64,000 bases of DNA from positions 153,640-217,639 of the forward strand of contig NMRA01000183.1 of assembly GCA_002633005.1 (NCBI GenBank). The letters run 5' to 3'. The DNA comes from Phoronis australis (taxonomy: Eukaryota > Animalia > Phoronida). Of this stretch, positions 1-14,800 are shown piece after piece. The notes under the pieces were generated by a model, which saw nothing but the letters and a program-made list of their open reading frames with translations, made no database searches and had not been told where the DNA came from. Position numbers and translations under genes: made by a program. Every line of letters starts with the position of its first letter. Position 1 is the stretch's first letter.

Positions 1-240
1 TTATTCCAAGACCCACTATTTATTCCAAGACCCACTATTTATTCCAAGACCCACTATTTATTCCAAGACTCACTACTTATTCCAAGACCCACTATTTATT
101 CCAAGACCCACTGCTTATTCCAAGACTCACTACTTATTCCAAGACCCACTATTTATTCCAAGACCCACTGCTTATTCCAAGTCCCACTATTTATTCCAAG
201 ACTCACTACTTATTCCAAGACTCACTGTTTATTCCAAGAC
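1..240. repeat. 19-bp minisatellite (TTATTCCAAGACCCACTAT)n, ~12.5 copies, extends off the window start
   Basis: Direct reading of the tandem units. Confidence 0.95.
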
Positions 241-1839
241 GTGCTACATAGTTCCTTTTCAACCTGCTATAAACCTACCTTCCATCTCTTCCTTTAGTCC
301 ACTTATCATCATGGAATTGGTGTCAAATTGTTCCTAGTTTGCCAAACTGCGGCTGATGTCAGGGTTTCAAAAGAACTGATAGTGTGTTATTACTTGAGAC
401 TGAGGCTCATCATTATTTGGCTTGTCATGGCGTATCATTTTGTGCCCTGGTCATTTTCTCAAGCATTAATGAACTGTCAATAATTCGTGATTAAGCAACA
501 AGTTGAAACTTATTTTATAATGGCATCTGGTCTAAATCAAAGTTCACTTATTTGGAAGAAGTATAGTTCGGTAACAGCCCTTTGTTTACACAAACTTCGT
601 TAAAAAGCTTAATAGTGGTACGCTCGTAATTTCAGAACAGTCTCCTTTCTTCAGATATGCTTAAGAAAATTGTAAGGGATAACGTTAAGGTGGTCAAACC
701 TGGTGATAGATTGAATGTGGTTATTTGTTATCAGAATATCATGTCACGTCACATTGTCGTGACAAACAATCCCAGTCGTGAAAAACTACGACCAGTGGCC
801 AAATGTAGTGTTGTTTACCAAAATTTGAATTCACATGTCATATGGATGGATGTTTTTGTCCTCATTCTCATGAGCAGTGTTACATTAGACACACAGTGTG
901 TTCTCTCTCGTGATAGTTGTCTAAGGACGTGTAGGGGGGGGGTCCATTCAAGATCATTTTGTACACCAACATGACTTGAAAATAACTAGGCAAGAAATAG
1001 ACAATACCATCATTCGCTACGTTGAAAATTACATATTTCGGCTAAAGATTTTGGAATGGCTATTGATGAGTCACGAAAAACCTGTATTGAATGAGCAGCT
1101 CACAGGAGTGTATCGCACGCTGGCTCTTTTTCGATAGGGTTGCGGACTTCCTACTGTGTATTGCATTCACATTCTTTGCTTGTATGCCGCTCTTCCCACT
1201 GTCACATGTATTTCACTGTTTATTTCGCCATGTACATGTATATGCTCATTCCACTCATTCCTGATGATGTGACATGAAGTCACGTTATATAGCTAACGTT
1301 TAATTTGTTTATCTGTTATGTCTCTCGATGTTTTAATTCGTACCTGCACACCTGAAGAAATTACGAGCGTACCAGTATCATGCTTGCTAACAAAAAGTCT
1401 AGTCGTGTTTTTAACGATATTTGGAAGAAACAGGTCATTAACGGGTGCTTTAACAGAATTAAATTCTGTTGAAACTGGATCCTTAGTTTGAAATAGAGAG
1501 GGAATAACAAAATAACAAAGTATGATGTAGTTATTAAGAGAATCAGCGCGTTGGTAAATATATCTATGGGTGCAATCAGCACATGAGCATTGTGAAATGT
1601 TTTTGCTGGACTGTTTCAAACGTAAGCATTTTAAATAAAAATTTATGTTATGAAAGCAAACCATAGTAGAAGATTTAGCTAGAGTGTTTGAAGTTAACAC
1701 ACTTTAAAATCATTGTGTGGAAGCAAAGCATTTTAGGTGGAAAGGTCTAAAATGTCACACAAGCATGGTGCTACACACACACATGGGCACAATAATAGGA
1801 CACATTTTCCCTTATCTCCGGCTGCCTGTATCCTCATTA

Positions 1840-2620
1840 CCCCTATTGCGGATGTTCACAAAATTTTGCAGACAATCATGTTCTTTTCTTGGATAGAATT
1901 GCGCTAGTGAATCTGTGAACGAACTCAACTACTATATTGCCCCCTAGTGGCAATTATCTTTTTACACCTGCTTCTTTACCTACCAAATTCCTTGACAGAT
2001 TTTCATGGAATTTGTCAAATTGGTACAAAACTAGCATTTTCAGGTTTATTCTTCGTAAGCCATGCCCTGCAGTTTCTATTTTAATTATGTTTTTTGTCTA
2101 AGCAACTCCCTCTCGATCTCCAAATCATTTGAAAAATCAATATGAAATTGTGCACATGACTTCCTATTGAGATGACCATGGCATGGCTGAATAATATGTA
2201 GATTTTCAGACAGGTCCAACTGCTGTGCTGCCTCCTAGTGGTAAATTTGCTCTTGCCTGTACTTCATTGTCTTTCAAGTTACCATATTGTTACTCATGAA
2301 ATTTGGTTTGCGTATGATATGGAGTCCAGTTGAGGAGAGTGCACTTGATATTGATTGAGAAGATTTAAATTACTATGTCAACCCCTAATGGCAATTTAGG
2401 TTTTTTTGCTTATGACTCTACAGTGTATATCTACCGAGTTTCTTGTCGGATGTCCATGAAATTGGACAAATAAGTTTCTATCAAGTGGACGACAGCATTT
2501 GCCTTGTTTCAGGCAAATTCGACTTATGCTATGCCCCCCAGCAGGCATTTTATTTTATTTATTCCATGATCGTCTTAAACACTTGTAAATACCACTTGAT
2601 TCATGGGCACGTGTGTTACT
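1840..2620 (+). mobile_element. Degenerate HINE-like core-repeat array (~150-bp units with CCCCTAGTGG motif)
   Basis: Motifs at ~1938, 2229, 2381, 2532, with the same 'catgaaatttgg' and 'gattttcaga' unit landmarks as the 12-17 kb elements. Confidence 0.65.
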
Positions 2621-2774
2621 TTTGTTTCCATCAAAAAGAAATAAACAGCAGTGAAATGTTACGACTAGAACATTATAGCTCAAAAATTTTGAATTTTAGT
2701 GCTTGAATGTGTGAACACAGCTTTAAGAGATACTGGTCTTGAGTCAAGTGTACATTCTTTGTTACCTTTTTTAG

Positions 2775-2871
2775 GTGACATCGAGGAAAAATCTATGTCT
2801 ATTGGACAAGAGGGGGAGCTGTTTGAGGAATGGTTGGAACTCAAGAATGGGTGTCTGTGCTGTTCTGTGAA
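2775..2871 (+). CDS. ZNG1: ZNG1 exon with GCLCC metal-binding motif
   Basis: ttttttag|GT GAC ATC...GTG AA|gtaggt; encodes (G)[31 protein letters not shown](K). Confidence 0.95.
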
Positions 2872-5800
2872 GTAGGTCTAAGTCCTAGGATACTTCACTT
2901 CGCTTATGTGATCTTTAAAATTGTCTAGCAATATCAAAGAGATATTCGAATGCAGTTGACAAGACTGCCTCTCATAAATGTATTTCTCAGGGCTTGGAAT
3001 TTTCCTCTTTTAAGCAGATTTCCTGTTTTTTGGTTTCGATTTCCTCTTATTTGATTTCCATTTTCCTCTTTTTTGTCTCTTTTGCATAATTAGTTTGATG
3101 CAAAAATGTTTAATTCAATTAAATTTTTCAACACAAAAAATATTTCTATCCAAGAAGCCTATTTATTTGTGGAACAATACATCAGGTGGAGAATTCTCCT
3201 CTTCTTTGTTATTCTAAGCCCTAATTTCTATTACCTTTGGCAACAATGCCGACGATTAGTCTACAAATCATTGCCGCACTAATGTAAACTTAAGGTCGAC
3301 AAGTTTAGCCCACTATGAAATATTGACTTTAGTCTAAGGTTTAAAGATTCATGTGAAACATTTATAATTGTCAAAAAAATTCTTTCTTAGTAAGGCAACG
3401 AAAGTGTCAAATATATCTTGATCATGGTCTTCCATCAAAAATTAGGTAAATTTCCCCCAGATTATTTCAATGTCTAGTGGCTGATATCATCTTCAAAGAT
3501 GATGTTTTAGTCCTGTATACATTGAATTGTCTTCCAGGCAAATTTGTGGCAAAACTTATCACTGAGAAGATGCCGGTCATTAGAGATTGGACTAATCTGA
3601 GGTCATTTTGCCTAATTTTCTGTAATAGGCTAACAAGAATCCTGCTTCACTCTTCATAACCTTGTTTGCTTAACTTCAGAGACAATGGGGTTAAAGCCAT
3701 AGAGACTTTAATGGAGAAGAAAGGCAAGTTTGATTACATCTTGTTGGAGACCACAGGTCTGGCTGATCCTGGTAAGTAAAGCCCGTACACCAATAGTTTC
3801 ATAGACCACTGGTGCCCAGTCTGGCTGATCTTGGTAAGTGAAGCCCATACACCAACAATTATATAGACCACTGATCCTGGTAAGTAAAGCCCGTACACCA
3901 ACAGCTTCATAGACCACTGGTGCCCAGTCTGGCTGATCCTGGTAAGTGAAGCCCATACACAGTTTTTGAGACCACTGATGCCGAGTGAACTTTATCGTCA
4001 GAATGACTAAGATGGAAGGTCAGCTTTCATTTTAGTTGTTGTGTCTTACAGTATAATTGTGTGATTTTGTTGCTTTCAGATATGTTGACATCAATTGAGA
4101 CTGCTTGCACTTTTGGGGCACTTTCAATGGGCCAAATTTGCATCTCTAAATTAATTTAAGTGTGTTAGCGCAAAGCGGCATCTATAATATTGACAATTGT
4201 TCATACGTACGTACTATATCCTTCTGTACATCCAGTCATCACACAATGTTGTTATATAGCGTGATATCTCATGAAAAAAACTTTTGATTTTTTCATAATT
4301 TGTAGCAAGGTGAGGAGAGGTGTGGGAGGGGGTTCATCGTCAGTTGGTTTTCGTGACCTTGACATAATTTCCAAAATCACATTGAGAATATCAAGTGTTT
4401 AGATAGAAAGTGTTGTTGTCATGATATTTGAAGCAGTTAAGATTATGTTCATATTCTGTAATGAGCTGTCATTTTCAAAGCCACATCAAGACAATCATAT
4501 CTTTGTTTAAAAAGGATGCTGAGAATGAAGTTTTAGATTTGGTTCACATTTGGACCGAAGTGTACATATAGCATTGAGTTTTGGCGCCCTTGACCTGGAA
4601 TTGAAGGTCATGGTTAGAAAATCAAGTTTTTATGTGGAAAATGTTGTTTTTGCAATATCTCAAGAAAGAAGCTTTAAATTTTATGCACATTCTTGCTCAA
4701 AGGTATAGGCATGCCATACCAAGGCATTAGGTGGATTATGTGACCTTGTTGGCATTGTCATGGTCACATTTTCATTATTGTTGCACTAACCTTAATAGAA
4801 AATGAATCTGGTGTTATTGTGTTGCTGCACTGTGTATGAATTATTTATTTTGTTGAGCGATGACTTTTTAAGGTTTGATTCAACAAATTTCAATTTCATT
4901 GAAAATCGCTCATTACCATCTAGAATTGTTGTAACTTTAAAAGTCCTCACATCCTGAGGCAACACCAGTGGCTTAGATGTGGTTGTTGGGTGGCTTCCAC
5001 CCTGGACGGCACCCCTAGGCAGCGTGGGACAATTTGCTTACTCTGTGACAAATGCTTGTTATTATTATGTAATATTATCATTATGCAGATTTATACAGCT
5101 GCACGTATGTGTGTCCTTTTGCTCTGTTCTTATCCCATGAAAATTGACGAATCCTTGAATGTGTTTATCAGTGTCTCTTTTTCAGTGCCCATTGCCTCCA
5201 TCTTTTGGCTGGATGAGGAACTATGCAGTGATGTATATCTTGATGGTAAGGCATGATTTGTGCTGTCATCTGTTGACGAGACAGTAAGGTGTTGCTAAGA
5301 CTAGAGTGCAGAGAGTACTAGATGATATCTAGCATTATATTTGAAACAAAACTGTGTTCTGAACATGCTCTTGCATTAAAATCTATTCAGTATAACAATT
5401 CCGAAGCTATTCATCTAAATCTGTATTGTAAAATATAAATGTTCAGTATAATTCATGGTTGTCATGTGATGTTTGAGTGTTTTGGTTTTTATCTAACTAA
5501 TACAGCATTTCAAATACATGTTCTCTTTATCTTGCTCATTTTAAATTTGAGAAATGAGAAAATCAATTGAGACACATAGGTGAAACACTGTTGTTATCAT
5601 GTTTGTTAAACTTGTATTGGGCGACTTCCTTTGTTTTCACTCTCTAGCTGACTTTCTCTGTCCAGATGACATTTTGGTAATATTTTTAGCTCAGTGTCTA
5701 CACTGGTCTGTCAAACAAGGCTTGTTTCAGCTGTAGGTGTTTGCTTGCCTTTAACACTTAGTTTGGATAACATTTGTCTAGGCAGGACAGCCCTGTCTGC

Positions 5801-8800
5801 TAACTCCTCCTGTTTCTTCTCTTTTCCAGGAATTGTGACTGTTGTGGACGCCAAGTTCTGCGCACAGGTTGGGTCACTTTAGTACTTTAATTGCTACTGT
5901 CCATTTAATTAGGTTACATATTCAAAAAGAAAGATAATACTAAACCTGGTCTGGTCTATGATTTTAAAGAGGTTGTGCGGGTTAGTTACGCAGTGTATGT
6001 GGCTGCACTCCTGTGTTCCAGTTCTTCAGTATCTCCAAAGCTGACACTCTAAAGAACCCAAGACCCAAGCTTTATAATATTTTTCTTCAGGTCATAATGC
6101 TATATTGCAAATATCGCAAATCTGGCCCCAAACAAAAAGTTAAGACTGAAGTTTTAGTTGTTTGCAGTCTCAAAAAATCATTTGATGAAATACATCTTAT
6201 AAATAGTGAAGTTAAATGTAACTTTCACGTTTCTGATCTGCTGTCGGTGTTATTGATGTGAATCAGTGTATTGCTTCAAAACTAGCCTGCAAAATTTCAT
6301 TTGGAGACTTTAATAATTCAACATTAAAAGTTTGTACTTTTGCACTTTGAAATCCTCTGTCTAAGTGAAATTTTTTTGGCTTGCTGTAAGCTTCAATCTA
6401 GGATAAGACAAGAAAGGGACTATTTACTCGCCAAAATACTGTTTTTGTACTCCTCTCAAGATAAAGTTTAGTCATCAGAATGCAGAACATGTGGTGGTAG
6501 CTTACTTTTAGTGCATATTTCAACACAATAGCCTTGCTAGGAGAACCCTGGTCTTGTCACCCATTGCTATCATAGTGTTGATGTCTACATGTTGTTTAAA
6601 CTGGTAGACTCATTTTGAATACAAACTTCCATGGACAACCGCAGAACCTAAGATATAAGGTGACCGCATTGCAAACGTTACTCATTGTTTGTGTTAGTAA
6701 GCGCTTTTCCAGAAATAACACTGGTGTGCCGTCGTCGGTCGTTCGGTTAAGCCTCATTTGAGTGTGCAAATTATTTGTGTTATAGTGTATGAATTAATTT
6801 CTGGTTTTGCCGTCTTAATTGGCGTGCTTTTTTGTCCTGTGGTGTATTGCTGATTGCTGGAGTTTTAGGATACTCACTGCGGGTGTGCAGTTGGTTATTG
6901 CCTGAGATCTGGCTCATTAAGTTGCCTTGTCACAACAGTTCATTTTATGCACCAAACAGGCTCTCTAGCAATACCAAGATGTCTTTTATTCCCTACCGTG
7001 GAAATCATACCTCATTTGAGTGAGGACCAATTTTATAGTGCAAAGTAGTCCAAATCAACAACTACTGCCTTAGACGGCCAAAGGCGTGGGTTAATAGCTC
7101 TTTTAAATACCATTCTGACTCTGTTTGCTCTAATCTAGACCTTTCTTGTCAGTTTTACTGCCTAATTAATCAATCATTATAGTTAAGTTTAATCCCAATG
7201 GCATATGAAAAGGGCCCTATTGCTTTTAGAGAATGGTTTAATGTGATTGGTCTCTGTTTCTTCAAGAAATATTTTTAAAGAATTGCTGATCTGCAGAATG
7301 ACCTGAAATGCTGTCAGTCGCATCCAGTGGGATGGGCGATCAGTCGCATCCAATGGGATGAGCTATCAGTCGCATCCAATGGGATGAGCCGTCAATTGAA
7401 GCAAATTTACCAGACCGGAATGTATTCAGCGGATGTGTTTTTGACCAGAAATGAACTCTCTAGAGTCAAACAGAAACTAATTTTTTAGGATTTTATAATT
7501 CTTTTGCTGTTCGTATACTGTTTCAGAACGGAAATAGATTAAAAAGAGTTAAAAGTAAAAACCTCATGTGTTTTGAATGATCAAATAAAAATGAGCGTTT
7601 TTGATTGAAAATGACAAAGATTACAGGTCGCTTTTGTTTAATGAAAATCTAAAATGTACTCACTATCTCCTGTCTATTTGTGGGTTGTCTTATGAGAAAT
7701 GTGGTGTTGTGTCAGTCTGACAAATTGATCAGTCATTGTGGCCAACATCTGGATGTGATTGTCGGCACAAAACATTAGTAATTCTCAGTTAAGGCATTCA
7801 TCTGTTGACATTCAGAGTTTTTGTGTTAAAAGATCCCACTCACAACAGAAAATGATTTATTCAAGAGGAGATATGTTTGTAAGTGCAGTTTAAATGTACA
7901 ATTTATGGGTGAGGAATGCCTTTCTAAGCAAAATACTGGAACTCATCCACCTCTCCTAAATAAGCACCATATTAACACCAGCATTGTAGGGGTTGAGAAT
8001 TAATTGGACAATTAATGTCTTTTAAACTGTCATTTTCATATCCACCCTAGTTGTCTTACAGTTTTTGACGTTTATCACATCTTCATTGTTTCAACAATTG
8101 AAATTCACTTTCACATACACTGTTGTGATACTTGTTCTTTAGTCCTTGCTGTTTGCTATTTCAAGTGAGACAATCTAAAAATAATTTGGCAGCCGGAAAA
8201 CGATTTAGATTGACTGGTCGCCGTTGATCGTCATTTGTTACACGCGTAGCGCCATGTCATGTTTTCCTAAGAAGCGTTTTTGTCACAGATCAGCCAATAA
8301 TGTGGTGGAACTAGTTAGATGCTCTTACTGACCGGCCGTACTCTGTAACTTATCCCAGTCAGTGCTGGTATTCTTGTTTGTTTATCTTTTACACCAAACA
8401 CTGAACAAAAGCATCCCTTTTCAGCTCACCATACTGATGTTAATGAGAGAAAAATGAGTGATTGATTGGCTGGTGTAAAATTAACCAGTGGCCATTATTT
8501 GGATGGGATTTGATGTGTGAAGGGGCCAATGTTTTTGTGAAAACCAGTTTATGGTTTCCAGATGAGTCTCCTGCACTGTTGGTCAACTGGCTCCCTCTGT
8601 TGGCATTCTAATCAGTGGTTTTGTATTCTGTTGTTTGTATCCACACAGAGTTAAGCTTTTGTTGATAGAATTATACCTCCATCATCCACTGCTGTACTGT
8701 AAAGCATGCAGTCTTTAGACTATGATTTAGGGATTGTCATTGGTAGAAAAGCGAAGAATACAGTTGGTAGATAAAAGCTTTATTTTTCTGAAAGGCATAA

Positions 8801-11800
8801 GGCAAAAGCTTTGGGGTTGCTTGTGTATTGTGAACCTTGTGCCAATCTCATTACAATTGCGCTTTTGTTGCAAAAACCCACTCAGTTTCGATTTCTTAGT
8901 CGTGATTAACGATTTTTGGTATTCTATTGATTTTTATAGATAGCTGGCCAGTAGTGTAATTATATTTTCAGAATCAAACAATTGCTGTGTCACACTCACT
9001 GTGTGTCAGCCTTCAACACAGGTTGACACTGTATAGGTTAATTGATATTTTCAGTGGCTGGAAAATTGACCAACAATATCGCCTGTCCTAGATTGATTGT
9101 GTTTGTATTATGCACTGGTGTGATTATCCAAACAATTCATCCAAAGTACCACATTTGTGTGGTTTTTGTGATTGAGGGACCCAATGGGTCTACCAGAGTT
9201 GTATGTGGAGAATGCAAAGCCAATAAAGTTCTCATTATAATCAACACAGCTGTGGTCAGCCAGAGAAGTAATCGTTCTGCTGTATGTGCAACAAATCAAC
9301 TTTTTTCCCAATTTTATGAAAAAATATTCTCGGTTTTGTATCTACATTCAGTTTATTCATTTATTATTAGGTACATATTTGTTGCAACATAAATTAACAT
9401 GCCCCAATCATGAAAGGAGGAAAAATAATAAATTATTTTTGCTACTGAACTTATCTCAGTATCATGGGGGTGAGGGTGGAGAAACAAAATCATTAATGGA
9501 TTGCCTAAGTTAAGATACATTTTTTCTAGGGTTGAGAAATAATGTTTAAACTCTGTAACAACATTTATCACTCGCTGAGGATTGGCTATTATCTTGTGAC
9601 ATTTTTTTTAAAATGTCGTTGACCTTGAAGCTAAAGGCGGGACTGTGTAATGTTTTGTGGCACTACTTGATGTCACGTGAAAGAATAGCAGCTTGTACAT
9701 CTGCCTGATCACCAAACAATTAGAGTTGGTGTCTTTGTAGAACAATACAATCTAAGTATTAGTCCATGTTAAAGACTTCAGTAAGCCGTAAACTATCTTG
9801 TTGCCATGCCGCTTGTCAAATTGGCAGTTTTTTCTCTGACACTCTTTGATCATTGGTGCGGTTCCTGGATGCCTAGCTGCGGTCGACTGCCGACTAAAAG
9901 TAGTCTGCTTGGCACCTTGCGGGAATCCTAAGTCGGTGTCGATGGCACCATCAAAATGACATGGTTCCGTCCGCAAGTTTTGACAATGAATTGTCAATTA
10001 CTTCTTTTTAAATTGGGTTTGTGACATGTAGATGTCATGGTTTGCTGCCTCATCAACAGAAATTGGTTGTAATTGTTTTCATTGTTTTTAAATTATTTGG
10101 TTAGTTCCATTTGGTATCTGCTTTACTGGATGCTAAAGCAAAACTAGTGTTATGATACTTATGAATGAATTGTTTTGCAGACTCTAAGCGCTCACTTACC
10201 TGCATCTACCAAAACCACTGGTTCATATAACATTAAATTATGTCAAGAGAATGAATTTTCTCGAAAATAATTAAAAGCTAAAATGTGTTTATTTTTCGTT
10301 ATTTTTCCATTTAGGAATCTTGTTCCGACTTCAGGAAGACGTACTCAAGCCATGAACGAGTTTTGTGGTGTTTTCTCAAATCAAAAATAAATATAATTTT
10401 CAGCTGCATTTCAAAAAATCTGCAAATTTTATTGTGGTGCAGTTTGATTTTACCAAGTATAAACTAACGATTTGAAGGTCTCATGCCAAGAAGTCACAAA
10501 CTTGAATCGGACCATCTCTATCTATACTGGATTGCATCCTTCTTGGGCGTAGGTGTTTTTTCCCTGCCTTTAACATTTTCAAATCCTTAGTTGAAAATGT
10601 CCTCATAATAAAACTGTTAAGTAGGTCCAAGTTCCTAAGTTATCATTTCTGCAAGTCTGTAATACACATGCTTACTTTTAAAGGTGCACTTAAACCAAGC
10701 TTTCTCTCAAAAATCAACTTAATATCAATTAGGTCACTTACTGTTACAAATCCGTCTCATGTTGTCGCTCACGTCTAAAGTTGAGAAGAACTGACCAGTG
10801 TTTATCATGGTGGATTAGTTTCATCCCCTGATTCAATATGGCTGTCACAGAAACTCACTTCAAATAAAGGATGCAAGCACGATTACATTGTTCTAGAAGG
10901 TCATCTGTGAGGAAAGTTGTTTTTGGCATTGATGTATAATCTATAGTTTCTTTGATATCAAAACTGGAATGAATTTGACAAATCTAATGGCTTGTTCATT
11001 AGAAGAAATCAGTCACCAGGTGGCCAGCTCATCCCTTGTTCACGAGTCGACTGGGATCACCTAGAATTAACTACCTAACAACATGCCAATCTTAAACACA
11101 ACAACATTTTTGAATCTGTTCAAATGTAGTTTGGCAAAGAAACGATTTATGAGGAAAGGATGCTTTTGATGCCCGATACTACAAGATAATGTCATGTATG
11201 TGTAAAAATATCCCATTTGGTTATATGTGGAGATAATCTGACATACGGAATAAATGGGTGTAAAACAAAATCTCGCAAGAAATTCATGAGCATATTGCGT
11301 TGTTAAAAGCTCCCTGTATTAAAATGACTTGAGCATCGAGATTTCTGGATGAAAGAGTCTTGTGACAGATTGACGCAGACCACCAAGTTTTGAGATTCGA
11401 CTCAGTAGTTGACCATCACATAAGTAAGTGGATTCTCATGCAAACTTTTGTAGTCACTCGTAGTTGCAAGTTATAAATTATATTTTGTCAATGCTTGCCT
11501 AATGAATTTAAACTCCAATTTTGCAGAAGTTGCAAGATGTCCAGGAGGATGGATTCAATGAAGCTGTCAGGTATGAGAACTTAATCTCTAAAAGCATGCC
11601 AGTCAAATAGCCACTTGGAGTTTTGTTTGTTTGGAAATGCTTTGACTGTTAGTTTCTACTCACTTTTCTTTTAAACATACTTTAGTTTTCAAAAAGGGAA
11701 ATTCATTTTGCTTCGTCAAAGTTGTGATGAACACAGATCCAAACCACACAGAAACAAAAGTAAAATCTTTGTAAAGTTACCAAACATTTGATCCAATATT

Positions 11801-14800
11801 TTGCACATCTTTGTTCCTATCACTTGGGTAATTCTCTTTAGGATCTCAAAAAGGAACCAACAAAAACTGAGCCGGAAATGACGTAGAATATGGTAAAATA
11901 TCACCAATTTTGGCCAAAAATAATTGCCAAAATCGATCTTTTTCATTTTTCATGAGGTACTAGTTTGCGTAAGAGCCAAAGTTGAGGCATGTTTTGTGGC
12001 CAAAGTTAAGGTATGTTTTTTTTGGTCAAAGTTGCTTGTTTCCATCCTTCATTCTGTTTTGCCAGAATGTTAAAATGGACTCTGTTGGATGGATGTTCAT
12101 GAAATTTTACAGACGTCTTCTTGTCATGGACATCACGACCTGAGTTAATTTTCAGATGAAACCTACAACTGGTGTGTCCCCTAGAGAATACTGAACAGTT
12201 GCCTCTTTATCTTTGGAACTCCGTGGCGGATTTTCATGACATTTAAATGGGTATCTATTAAAGGGATAACATTCTGCACCACCTAGTGGCCATTTTTACT
12301 GCTTATCTGTCTCGCTGGTTCTCTGTGTGTAGAGGTCACCCAGAGATATCATTCAGTAGCACATGCTTTATCACTGGTTGATGTTAGCTTGGCAGTCATT
12401 GGTTAGCTTTACAACAAAGAGAGAAAATGTTGAACTATGAATGATTTTTAGCTTTGTCATGCAAGTGGCATAGCAGGAACTATTTCGTTTCTGCACGAAT
12501 GTTAAATAGCCGCGTGCTTGAAGCACATACATGTACCATAAACACATATCTGGCCGATTTCACTGGTGTGTAATTCATACTGTATGAATACAAGACATTA
12601 TCATAAACAAAAATCATTGACTGTAGAAAGATGCACTCCGATGATGTGCAGCCACAATTTCTAGGATTCACATTTCGTGAACATGAATTAAGCGGCCGAT
12701 TTGTCTGTACAACAGACCACATTTACACTTCCTACATCAGTCATGTCAGTTTGTTTGCGTAGATCGGTACCTGTTGAGGATTCAACCAGCCACTCAGAAA
12801 CGCCGGTGTAAAAAAAAATTCCTGAGGAAAATTAAATGATACCTGCATTTTTTTCAACCAACACGCAGGGAACCAGCGAGCTTCTCTGTTAGCCATAGCA
12901 CTATGTGGATCATTGTTGGGAAGAGCGTGGCTTGCAATTATTTTTTTACAACTCTGACTACTGTAGCATCCACTATTGGCAGTTTTTTGCCTGTGCAGTT
13001 GTATCTCCTCAATTCCTTGCTGGGCCTTTGTTAAATTTAGCAAGTGAATGTGACAATCTATGATGAGGACTTTCTGACCTATTCGACTCCCCTAGTGGCA
13101 ATTTCATATTTTTCCATTTCCATCCGTATTTTAGGAATTCCTTGATGGATTTTCATGTAGTTTGGCTAATGCGTTTTTGTTAAAGAGATGATGACATATT
13201 CCCAGTTTCAGATGGATTTGACATGTTTTCAGCACCTACGAGCATTGGCCATTTTTGTGCTCCCACATATTTATGTGTGGGTGCACATTGCAGTCATCAC
13301 TGTCTGGGTGTACAGGGGTCCGCCATCCACGGCTGTATCTCCTAAACTCTTTGCAGTATCGTAATGAGATGTGACACACATGTTTCTATGAAACTGACGA
13401 CAGACGACCACGACTTTTGGACTGATTCGACTAACACTCTGCTCCTTGTGGCCATTTTATTGATTTTATGTTTGGCTCTTTATTTTTAGAGCTTCTTGAT
13501 GGATTTTCGTGAAATTTAGCATATAGGTTTCTATTCATGAGACAATGATGCCTTCCCTTTTCCGGACAGATTTTATGTATTCTGCGCCACCTAATTGCAA
13601 TTTGAAAAAAAATGAGTTTATGATGTCTGCCTTCCTATCCGCCAAACTACTCAAAGGATCATTATGAAAATTGGCGGATGTTTTCTTATGAGAAGACTGC
13701 AGCTGACACTAATTTTCAGATGGGTTGGACTACTGTGGTGACCACTAGTGACTTTTGTTTTTTGTGTGCACTGCTGTATCTCCTTAACTCTTTGGAGTAT
13801 CTGTTTGAAATGTGACAAATATGCTCCTATGAAGGTGATAACAGATGATGATGAGTTTCAGACTAATCTGACTGCAAGTGCGACCCCTAGTGGGAGTTTT
13901 AATATTTTCCATTTACCTCTGTAACTTTGGACTTCATTGATGGATTTTTTATGCGCCCACATATTTATGTGTGGACGCATTATGCCGTCATCTCCGTCCG
14001 TCCGTCCGGCGTCCAGTGTCCGCTGCTCTATCTCCAAAACCCTTTGACATACGTTCATGAAATTTCGTACATATGTTTCATTCAAGAATGGGACGGCATG
14101 TGCCAACTTTTGGACGGATCCGACTACCGGTGTGCCCCCTAGTGGCAATTTTAGTTTTTTACGCTTACCTTTGTATCTTCAAAATTCCCCAACGGATTTT
14201 CAGGAAATTTTGTATGTAGGCACCTATTAGTGAGATGACGCTATCCTCCCATTTTCAGATGGATTTGACATAGTTTGCGCCACCTAGTGGCCATTTTAAG
14301 TGTATTCGAGTCTGTTTTTGTGCGTCCACCCCTCTATCAACCAAATCGCTCAAAGGATGATTGTGAAAATTGGCATGTATATTCTTACTATGTAGAGGAC
14401 GGTTGACGGTGATTTTCCGACGATTTCGAGTACTGTGGCGCCTCCTAGTGGCAGTTTTGTTTTTTTTGCGCCTATGGCTGTATCTCCTAAACCGTTCGCA
14501 GGATCTTTACGAAATTGTGTAAGTATATTTATATGATGTTANNNNNNNNNNNNNNNNNNNNNNNNNNNNNNNNNNNNNNNNNNNNNNNNNNNNNNNNNNN
14601 NNNNNNNNNNNNNNNNNNNNNNNNNNNNNNNNNNNNNNNNNNNNNNNNNNNNNNNNNNNNNNNNNNNNNNNNNNNNNNNNNNNNNNNNNNNNNNNNNNNN
14701 NNNNNNNNNNNNNNNNNNNNNNNNNNNNNNNNNNNNNNNNNNNNNNNNNNNNNNNNNNNNNNNNNNNNNNNNNNNNNNNNNNNNNNNNNNNNNNNNNNNN

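Noticed and set aside
1-240. CRISPR-like appearance of short repeats here and at 3748-3980 and 19860-20151
   Set aside because: The repeats are head-to-tail with no unique spacers, there are no cas genes, and the DNA is eukaryotic.
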